Assembly (NCBI GenBank): GCA_964505225.1
Contig: CAZDHC010000001.1
Span: 1-59,059, forward strand
Source of the DNA: an uncultured Bdellovibrio sp.
GTDB taxonomy: Bacteria > Bdellovibrionota > Bdellovibrionia > Bdellovibrionales > Bdellovibrionaceae
Direction of reading: 5' to 3'
Length of the DNA: 59,059 bases
The translations under genes were made by a program, and so were the position numbers. Of this stretch, positions 48,649 through 56,125 are shown one piece after another. How positions within the stretch are numbered: position 1 is the stretch's first letter; every line of letters starts with the position of its first letter. The notes beneath the pieces are model-generated. The model saw only the letters and a list, made by a program, of their open reading frames with translations. It did not search any database and was not told the origin of the DNA.

Positions 48649-49394
48649 GTCTATTTCCGGTACAGCATTATATTCTATACACACTGCCTAGATCCGGAAG
48701 CACTCCGGTTATAAGAATTCTAGCAGAGGCACTTTATAAGGCCGAGTCTACTTTGTTCTTAGATGAATACTTCAATCCCGACTTTACTATTAACAGCCTA
48801 CCGACAGCATTTTCTACGGATGTAGCTCAAACTTTTCAAGTTAAAATTGGAACAACTAGTTTAAAGCAAAATGAAATTATATTCAAAGCTAGACTTCAGA
48901 TGCTATTCGAAAGCAAACAGAAGTATTTAATCAAAATTTTGCCCGATCAAGTTTTCGACCCAGGCGTTAGAAACTTTATTTTATCCAATAACAGAACTAT
49001 GTTTCTTTCTAGAAGAAATCACTTTCTTCACTTCATCAGCTATGCCTTATCGCTACAAACACATCGATATTACGAAAACAACGGAAGCCCCCATTGGACT
49101 GAGAAAATCACAATTAAAAGAACTGTATTTCGAAAATTTTGTCGTGAAATTTCCGAGCTAGAAGCTCTTAAAAAGATTCATCCTAAAACGCCCAATTTGT
49201 ATCTCGAGGACTTATTGAAGGGCACTGAAATCAAAATTCACGGCAACAAAATTCAATTCAATCAAGAGCTTGCCGATCTACACACTATTAAAACTGACAA
49301 TGGCGAACTACAACGTTATGTTGAAAATCTTAAAGAGGTCCAAAGTTGGTACCGCAAAAGTCCATTAAATAAAAGCTTCCCACTGGACCCTTAG
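48645..49394 (+). CDS. Sulfotransferase-like protein (Stf0 / P-loop sulfotransferase type)
   Basis: 249 aa. 5'-PSB-like YTLPRSGSTPVIRIL near the N-terminus. 3'-PB-like FLSRRNHFLHFISYALSLQT (the RRx5-6 S ... QT pattern seen in Stf0-type enzymes). By-eye assignment. Confidence 0.5.
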   Translation: MSLFPVQHYILYTLPRSGSTPVIRILAEALYKAESTLFLDEYFNPDFTINSLPTAFSTDVAQTFQVKIGTTSLKQNEIIFKARLQMLFESKQKYLIKILPDQVFDPGVRNFILSNNRTMFLSRRNHFLHFISYALSLQTHRYYENNGSPHWTEKITIKRTVFRKFCREISELEALKKIHPKTPNLYLEDLLKGTEIKIHGNKIQFNQELADLHTIKTDNGELQRYVENLKEVQSWYRKSPLNKSFPLDP

Positions 49395-49414
49395 CCTGAG
49401 TTTTCCGCAGGCCT

Positions 49415-49439
49415 CTTGCTTCAAGATCAACGTTCGAAT
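49415..49439 (+). repeat. 25-bp direct repeat, copy 2 (intergenic, upstream of the 49451 gene)
   Basis: CTTGCTTCAAGATCAACGTTCGAAT. In the equivalent frame it reads LLQDQRSNILRQ-TGA, and the TGA overlaps ATG 49451 as ATGA. Confidence 0.85.
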
Positions 49440-49450
49440 ATTCTTAGGCA

Positions 49451-50047
49451 ATGATCAATCCACAAATTTTGACAGAATGTCATGACGCTAAAGACTGCCT
49501 CATTCGCTACCTGAGAAACCCTGTATTAGAAATCAAAAATCTTCCTGATTGGTCTTGGCCTAAACTTATACTTTTCCACTCTGCGATCGCCGCGGTTTCA
49601 GGCGCATTGGCCGGCTTTGTTGAAAAGAAATTTTCCTTATCCATTTTGGGTGGATTTATACTTTCGCCAATTTTGACGTTAGTCTCCCTAGGTGTCGCTA
49701 CGGCGTTCTTCTACTACTGCTTTCAGATTTTTGCAGGACAAACTGTTTCGCTAAAAAAACTGTTTACCGTAACGATGTTTGCCAACTTTCCACAGTTGAT
49801 ACTACAAATAGTCGCTGGCTACGTTCCTCCCGTGACTTTGGTCGGCATGGCCTTTACCGCTTTCCTCTTGTTGGTAGGATTTGTAGAAAATTTTAAATTA
49901 GACCGAAAATTGACAGCCAAGTTCGTTGGCGGACTTTACGCGGTTTTTGTTGTCATGTGGCTATGGAACCAAGCTAGCTCGGTTCGTTTTGATAAAAGCT
50001 GGAACAGCGAAAAGATTAGCGCTCCTGAAGTTCGATTGGGTGAATAA
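49451..50047 (+). CDS. Polytopic membrane protein, Yip1-like
   Basis: 198 aa with a soluble N-terminus of about 35 aa followed by 4-5 TM helices. Confidence 0.45.
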   Translation: MINPQILTECHDAKDCLIRYLRNPVLEIKNLPDWSWPKLILFHSAIAAVSGALAGFVEKKFSLSILGGFILSPILTLVSLGVATAFFYYCFQIFAGQTVSLKKLFTVTMFANFPQLILQIVAGYVPPVTLVGMAFTAFLLLVGFVENFKLDRKLTAKFVGGLYAVFVVMWLWNQASSVRFDKSWNSEKISAPEVRLGE

Positions 50048-50165
50048 TAAGCGCATCCTAGATGAATGGCCAATTAGATTCAATTCCCCACAACTGGACC
50101 TGACAACATCTTGATATAAGACGGAAAATTGATGAACAGAAATTTATTTTCTTCATCGAGGATCT

Positions 50166-50393
50166 ATGCGCACCTGGAGTCTTGTCAATCTACAACAAAA
50201 GAAAATTTGGATTGGCCTCACTGAAAAAGAAATATTGGTCGCCATTACATTCATGGGAAACGAGCAAGCTCATCTTCTTGTGCACAAACAAGGTGACCAG
50301 CAATGGTCACCAATCGCGGTCCTAAAAGAAATTTATCAACGCAACACTGATCTTTTTGATCCCAACTTAAAACCACATTTTAAGGGCCCCTAG
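50166..50393 (+). CDS. Small cytoplasmic protein, GYF_2(DUF4339)-like
   Basis: 75 aa. KIWIGLTEKEILVAITFMGNEQAHLLVHKQGDQQWSPIAVLKEIY resembles the bacterial GYF_2 pattern (W..g...e.l......G.i...tlV...G...W.P...v.Ei). Its stop lies 1 nt before the OMP gene start. Confidence 0.4.
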   Translation: MRTWSLVNLQQKKIWIGLTEKEILVAITFMGNEQAHLLVHKQGDQQWSPIAVLKEIYQRNTDLFDPNLKPHFKGP

Positions 50394-50394
50394 A

Positions 50395-51807
50395 ATGTTT
50401 GTAAAAAACAAACCACTATGTTTGATTTTAATGACTGTCATTTCAAGCCAAAGCCTGGCTTACGTTGAACCAGTTTCTTTAAAGAAACTGGTTGAAGAAG
50501 TTGCTCCCCTCTATCAACAAAGTGACCAAAATAGATCCCTTGAGAAATCTCGACAGTCCATCATCTCGACAATAAAAAGCACCCAAAAAGATCAGCCATG
50601 GTCTATGCAGGCCTCCGCCAATAAATCTGAAGAGCTATTGACGACTGCAAATCAGCCGGGTCTATTTAAAACAGATGCCTCATTGAATTACGGCAATAAG
50701 AATGGCTTTAAGGGAGTTCTCTCCGCAACTAATTACGCCTACACCGATTATGTGGCCGCTGGAAACTACCTCAAAGACACTGTCAGTTTAACTTTTAGCC
50801 AAGACATAATCCAAGGTTACAAACATCCGACAGTGCAAAAACTGGCCGACGAGTCCCAGGAGTTTTCAGGAAAATCATCATTGGCTTCACTGCAGGGAAG
50901 CGCTCGCGATCAACAGTTAGCCATGGTCAATTCTTCGTTGAGTCTATATCTACAGACATGTTTACGTAGAGATTTAGAAGTCACCTTGAATGCTCTGAAG
51001 GAAGCCTACGAAGCCTCACGCGTACAAGTCGACATGAGACAAATTTCAATGAAAGACCACCTTTCAACTGTAAATTTGCGCGACCGCTTTACGATCCAAG
51101 CTGCTCAGATTGATCTTCGCATCAAACAAATAACGGCTCAATTGCAACAATATTCTTTTGAAGTTTCCGAGAAAGCAAAGAAGTATGTCGACAACATTCA
51201 AAAATGCGAAATACCCGAGGTCTTAGATTCCTCACCTTACAACAACAAACCATTTACCGAAAATTTTGATGTTATCACCCCAGACATTGCTTCCATTCAA
51301 TTGAGCATCGAAGCCAAGAGAAAAGATATTGAATCCCTGGATGTCCGCAGCATGGCCTCACTTAAGCCTTCAATTGGCCTTACTCACAACGACAAAATCA
51401 ATCCTTACAAATCATTTAACGAATGGAACGTGGGAATTACCTATTCTTATACTTTTGAAAGTGACCGCCCTAATTTGGTAAAAAAATCTAAACTGGAAGA
51501 CTTAGAAAAGGCAAAACTCGATATTCTGGCTAAAAAAGATTCTACAGCTAGCGAACTCAATTCATTACAAGCACAAATGCAAAATCAGCTTAAGACATAC
51601 CCACTTATCATAGTTGGCTATAAAAATAGTTTAACCTTGTTGGATCTTTTAAGAAAGCAGTCGAACCTAGGAATGACTGATGCCCTTTCACAGGCCAATG
51701 CTTATCAATCTTGGTATGATCGAATTAATGAAATCCGAAACGCTGTTAACGATTATGCCACAGCGAAAATGCGCTACCGCTATTTGACTGAAAACAAGAG
51801 CCCGTAA
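50395..51807 (+). CDS. TolC-like outer-membrane efflux/secretion channel protein
   Basis: 470 aa with a signal peptide (LCLILMTVISSQSLA). Long helical, Gln/Leu-rich segments in two repeats. Sits upstream of the HlyD and ABC genes. Confidence 0.6.
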   Translation: MFVKNKPLCLILMTVISSQSLAYVEPVSLKKLVEEVAPLYQQSDQNRSLEKSRQSIISTIKSTQKDQPWSMQASANKSEELLTTANQPGLFKTDASLNYGNKNGFKGVLSATNYAYTDYVAAGNYLKDTVSLTFSQDIIQGYKHPTVQKLADESQEFSGKSSLASLQGSARDQQLAMVNSSLSLYLQTCLRRDLEVTLNALKEAYEASRVQVDMRQISMKDHLSTVNLRDRFTIQAAQIDLRIKQITAQLQQYSFEVSEKAKKYVDNIQKCEIPEVLDSSPYNNKPFTENFDVITPDIASIQLSIEAKRKDIESLDVRSMASLKPSIGLTHNDKINPYKSFNEWNVGITYSYTFESDRPNLVKKSKLEDLEKAKLDILAKKDSTASELNSLQAQMQNQLKTYPLIIVGYKNSLTLLDLLRKQSNLGMTDALSQANAYQSWYDRINEIRNAVNDYATAKMRYRYLTENKSP

Positions 51808-51926
51808 ATCGAGCCAGACCAAAGACCAAGATCTCGCGAAACATAACGAAAAATTACCTGTCTAGAATAGCCTCACTTTTCTAGCATCACATTGACGAAT
51901 TCTACCCGCTCAATCAAACTTTTAAA

Positions 51927-53141
51927 GTGGAAAAGAAAAGTGAAATATCATGGTCAGGTCTCGATTATCTCAACCGTTGGATCCCATTTGGATCCTATTA
52001 TTTTTTGGCTGGCTTCCTTGTTTTTGCAGTGGGAATTGGAATTTTCTCAGCAATTGTAAAAACCGCGATCACAGTTGATGCTCAAGGCAAACTCAACAGT
52101 GAACAGAAGCCAGTTCCAATCAAATCTCCAGTTGCATTTACTGTGGATCAAATTTTTATCAAAGAAAATGAGTTGATCAAAAAGGGAACTAAAATTCTAT
52201 CTTCAAAAGATTCGATCACTCCAGAGCAAATGGCTCTAGTTGAAAGATATCGCAATCTGCTTTTGTCGGTCGTAAAAGATTTCAAAGGCAATCCAAAATG
52301 CAGCGAATGTCTTTACAAACTTCAGCAAACCACATTGATCTATGGCAATTTCACTCAACAGCAAGATATCATTGAAATCATCGGCTCCGTGCAAACAACA
52401 TCGCTTGATTTGAAACGACAAATTGAAGAATCACAAAGTATAGGCTTACAGACCGCCGACGTTCGCCACAACATTGCAATCAATGAAGGCAAAATTGCAA
52501 AAATTAAACAACAACGAGCTGAGAGAATTCTTGCACGCGAATACGAACAACTCACTCAAGAACTAGTGGCACTTAAAACTCGGATTCGTACAAAAGAACA
52601 AGAGAACCTTTTGAATCTTAGAAGATCCGCGGGGCAACTTGAAGCTCAATTGAGTGACTTTCAATCGAAATTAGATAAAAAAACCAAAACCTACGTCATT
52701 GAAGCTCCCTTTGACGGTGTCACCTCAAGTGTCAAAATTAAGGGTAAAGGTGAAATCTTATCTCCGGGCGAAGTCATTCTTGAGCTGATTCCTGCGGGAT
52801 CGAAGCTGGTTTCAGAACTGACGATCACCGCGAAAGACATTCCCCTGATCAAAGCAGGAATGGACACAACGCTCTACTTTGATGCCTTTCCAGAAGCTGA
52901 ATACGGAACGATCAAAGGAACCGTTGTGAGCATAGATCGTTTTGAGGTCCCCGCTGCCAATGGACAAACTGATGTTTCATTTCGAGCCCAAGTTTCGATG
53001 GAGTCTCAGGGCTTTACTAAAAACGGTAAATCCTATCCATTTCTAGTGGGCATGACGACACGGGGAAAAATCTTAGTTGGGTATCAGACTCTATTGCAAA
53101 CTGCCATCAATCAACTTTTCCACATTGGAAACGAATTCTAG
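51927..53141 (+). CDS. HlyD-family membrane fusion / periplasmic adaptor protein
   Basis: 404 aa with a GTG start. No in-frame ATG precedes the TM anchor FGSYYFLAGFLVFAVGIGIF. Lipoyl-like segments (IKSPVAFTVDQIFIKENELIKKGTKIL ... IEAPFDGVTSSVKIKGKGEILSPGEVILELIP) flank a coiled coil. Confidence 0.8.
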   Translation: MEKKSEISWSGLDYLNRWIPFGSYYFLAGFLVFAVGIGIFSAIVKTAITVDAQGKLNSEQKPVPIKSPVAFTVDQIFIKENELIKKGTKILSSKDSITPEQMALVERYRNLLLSVVKDFKGNPKCSECLYKLQQTTLIYGNFTQQQDIIEIIGSVQTTSLDLKRQIEESQSIGLQTADVRHNIAINEGKIAKIKQQRAERILAREYEQLTQELVALKTRIRTKEQENLLNLRRSAGQLEAQLSDFQSKLDKKTKTYVIEAPFDGVTSSVKIKGKGEILSPGEVILELIPAGSKLVSELTITAKDIPLIKAGMDTTLYFDAFPEAEYGTIKGTVVSIDRFEVPAANGQTDVSFRAQVSMESQGFTKNGKSYPFLVGMTTRGKILVGYQTLLQTAINQLFHIGNEF

Positions 53142-53149
53142 AGGACAAC

Positions 53150-56125
53150 GTGGTTCGCTTCGCTCCCGAGTTGAAATCTTTTATCGAAAAAGAAGGACAA
53201 TCGTTTCAGGTTGAGCGTCAGCAATTGATTTGCACTCAAGGCGAGAAAGCCGAGTTTCTGGTTTATGTTCCCAACGGAACTTTGGAAGTCCGAATTGCGT
53301 CAGGCCGAATCAATGAAGAAGTCATCGTAGACTGGATCCAAACAGATGAGTGCTTTTTTCTGTTAGACGGACTGCAAGTCAAAAATTATCCCGCCAACTT
53401 ATATGCAACTCAAGCTGTGAACCTCATCAAAGTTCCGATTGAAAAAGTGCTCACGTTTTTAAGTGGAAATCCGGATTTGACCAGACGCTTGACTCAATTC
53501 TATTCCAATCCTGGATTGCGATCAGCAGTCAAAAGAATATCCAATTCGAGCCGCGCTCGTTCCGAATTTTACTTTAATATGACTGAGTTTGACTCGTTCA
53601 AAACCGAAGCAGTCAAAATTAAATCCGGAGATATTCCGAATTGGAGCCAAGGGCTTTACATCGTCAACGCTGGCCGGGCACGGTTGAGCATGACCAAAGA
53701 ACAAAAAAAAATTGAACGATTTTTAACGATTGGCGACGTCTTCTCGGTCGAAGATTACATAGGTAGAAATATTGAACTGGAAATTGCCGAAGATCTTGAC
53801 CTGTATAAAATTGAATCTACTGCGATCACAATTCTTTACAATCAATTGAAAGTACTTTGGACTCAAGACTTGCCTATTCGAGACTTCAGTTCAAACTCAA
53901 ATACGACAACGGCTAAGATACCCGGTGCTCAAATTGAAGTGATCAGAAAATGGTATGCGGGCTTCAAAGTTCACGAGCTAATTACAACCACCGATTCATC
54001 TGAATTTGACACCATCTCGCTTTACAATGCTTTCAAACTATTGGGAGCAGAAATCCCACTGGACGAAGCTCATCAGCTAGCAACTTTTGCGGAAGAGTCC
54101 GACTTGGACTTCAATTCCTTAGCTGATATTTTCGAATCTAAAAGCTATTCAGTGGAATTTATTCAGTACAATTCATATCAAGATATCAGTCAAGTTGCGA
54201 TCACCGTTTGGAAAAATCAAATCTGCTTAATCATTCGTTGCGAATCCGGTCGCCTTTTCTATTTCGACCCTAGCCAAGGCGTGCAAAAAATCAAAGACCC
54301 AAGTTTTCTGACAGCAATTTCTGCGCGGATTTTACTTATTTCTCAAACGCCTGGAATTCAAGAATTGCTAAACTACTCTCAGGATCCCAAAATCAATGAT
54401 TTGTCTCTTCGTAAATTTATCTATCAGAATCTCGAAAAACACCGTGGTTTGCTTTGGAATCTACTTGGTTTGGCTTTTATCTTAGGGGTCATCACCAGCA
54501 CAAAAGGTATCATTTTCCAAAAGGTCATCACGCAAGTGTCCAGTCTACAGGAAACATCTGTTGTTCTGGGATTTGGTTACGCACTCATCGCACTTGGTGG
54601 ATTCTACTTTTTAATCAACATTTTGTTCACCTTGTTGACCGAATACATTCGTATCTACCTCTCCAATCGACTCAAGACTCTCCTTTTAAAAATTAACTAT
54701 TTTTCATCAAACTTAAATAGATCTATCGCCAATCGAAGCATGTTCTTAAAAAGAATTGATTCTTTGGATGGCTTTTCAAATCAATTGATTTCAAATCCAA
54801 TCAATCTGATTAAATCGGCAGTCAGCCTGTCCATCATGTTGATTTTTTTGGCGACAATTTCGGTGAAGTATTTCTTAATCTACGCAGGCTTCATCGGCAT
54901 TGGAGTTATGATTATAATTCGTTTCATTCGAAACGTAACGGCCAATTGGGCCCGCATGTCAGCCAGCGGGGGCCCAAAAGAAGGAGTGCTATTCCCAGAT
55001 TTTGCCAAAGCACTTTATTCCAGCGATTCAAAGGTTCAACTGAACTACTTCAAAGAAAAAACAGAAGTTGGAATCTGCGAGCAAAACGAAGCCTCCGCGA
55101 CCTATCAAAATAATCAAAAGCGCACACTATTTCTTTTAAAGCTCCTTGGACTCTGTTTCTACAGTTTAGTTTACTACTATGGAATCATCGAGTCTTTTAA
55201 TTCACCAGAGGCCGCAGCCGCAATTTCTGGCTTGCTGATTTATCTCGGTTACGTCTACGGAGAGACCAACCAGTTTTTCAACTTATTCTCTAGCTTTGGT
55301 CAATGGTCAGAAAGCTTTCAACAATTGCAATCGTTCTTTACACCTAATGAAATCTACAATGGATTAAAAAACCACCCAAGGCACGTACGACTGAATGGCA
55401 AAATCCGTTTTGATGGCGTGTCCTTGAAATACCCCGAAACTGTCATGCCTGCGATCAGTCAGGTGTCAGTGACAATTCAACCTGGTGAATTTGTGATCAT
55501 CGTTGGCAAATCAGGATCTGGAAAGTCCACATTTGTTAAGCTCTTAGCTCAAGAGCTTGCTCCAAACGGCGGAAGAATTCTATTTGACGAGCAAGAAAGT
55601 CGAAATCTTTCCCCATCCTTACTTCGTTCCCAAATATGCATGGTCAACCGTCGACCTGATTTTTTTCCCGGAACTGTTCGCGATAACATTCTGGTCAATC
55701 GCCAAATGAACACTTGGATGTTCGACAATGCCTTAAAAATATCCTCGATTGCCTCCAATCCGAAAACCATAGCTCGCATTTTAGGCGTTGAGATTGATCA
55801 ACAACAACAGGGCCTTTCGTCTGGCGAAAAACAAATGGTAGGAATCGCCCGAACTGTCTATCAAAATCCTAGAATCCTTATTTTAGATGAAGCCACTTGC
55901 TACCTTGATGCCAAATCAGAAATTGAAATCATCGACAATTTATATCGGAACAAGAAAGATAAAACCATTGTCCTTGTGACTCACCAGCTGGCACTTTCAA
56001 AGTACGCAGATCGAATTTTAGTTTTCAAAGATGGCTTTCTGGCCGAATCAGGAACTCATGATCAACTCCTGCGCGCAGGTAAAGAATACGCAGAACTCTA
56101 TCGCTCGAAAGGGGGCTTGGATTGA
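53150..56125 (+). CDS. ABC exporter half-transporter: two cNMP-binding-like domains, a C39-like (non-catalytic) domain, TMD and NBD
   Basis: 991 aa with a GTG start preceded by AGAGGA. CAP-like signatures (CTQGEKAEFLVYVPNGTLEV; GDVFSVEDYIGRN). The C39-like region lacks Cys and His. Six predicted TM helices. Walker A GKSGSGKST, signature LSSGEKQ, Walker B ILILDEAT, H-loop VTHQ. Confidence 0.8.
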   Translation: MVRFAPELKSFIEKEGQSFQVERQQLICTQGEKAEFLVYVPNGTLEVRIASGRINEEVIVDWIQTDECFFLLDGLQVKNYPANLYATQAVNLIKVPIEKVLTFLSGNPDLTRRLTQFYSNPGLRSAVKRISNSSRARSEFYFNMTEFDSFKTEAVKIKSGDIPNWSQGLYIVNAGRARLSMTKEQKKIERFLTIGDVFSVEDYIGRNIELEIAEDLDLYKIESTAITILYNQLKVLWTQDLPIRDFSSNSNTTTAKIPGAQIEVIRKWYAGFKVHELITTTDSSEFDTISLYNAFKLLGAEIPLDEAHQLATFAEESDLDFNSLADIFESKSYSVEFIQYNSYQDISQVAITVWKNQICLIIRCESGRLFYFDPSQGVQKIKDPSFLTAISARILLISQTPGIQELLNYSQDPKINDLSLRKFIYQNLEKHRGLLWNLLGLAFILGVITSTKGIIFQKVITQVSSLQETSVVLGFGYALIALGGFYFLINILFTLLTEYIRIYLSNRLKTLLLKINYFSSNLNRSIANRSMFLKRIDSLDGFSNQLISNPINLIKSAVSLSIMLIFLATISVKYFLIYAGFIGIGVMIIIRFIRNVTANWARMSASGGPKEGVLFPDFAKALYSSDSKVQLNYFKEKTEVGICEQNEASATYQNNQKRTLFLLKLLGLCFYSLVYYYGIIESFNSPEAAAAISGLLIYLGYVYGETNQFFNLFSSFGQWSESFQQLQSFFTPNEIYNGLKNHPRHVRLNGKIRFDGVSLKYPETVMPAISQVSVTIQPGEFVIIVGKSGSGKSTFVKLLAQELAPNGGRILFDEQESRNLSPSLLRSQICMVNRRPDFFPGTVRDNILVNRQMNTWMFDNALKISSIASNPKTIARILGVEIDQQQQGLSSGEKQMVGIARTVYQNPRILILDEATCYLDAKSEIEIIDNLYRNKKDKTIVLVTHQLALSKYADRILVFKDGFLAESGTHDQLLRAGKEYAELYRSKGGLD

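Noticed and set aside
48606-49439. GTTCGAAT within the 25-bp repeat as a possible tRNA T-arm / tRNA-derived att site
   Set aside because: No acceptor stem, anticodon arm or CCA context is present around either copy. Copy 1 is clearly inside a protein-coding frame.
51850-51880. Inverted repeat CTAGAA-N11-TTCTAG between the OMP and HlyD genes as an operator
   Set aside because: There are only 6-bp arms in an AT-rich spacer, which is easily expected by chance. It is noted as a possible internal regulatory site but is not supportable.
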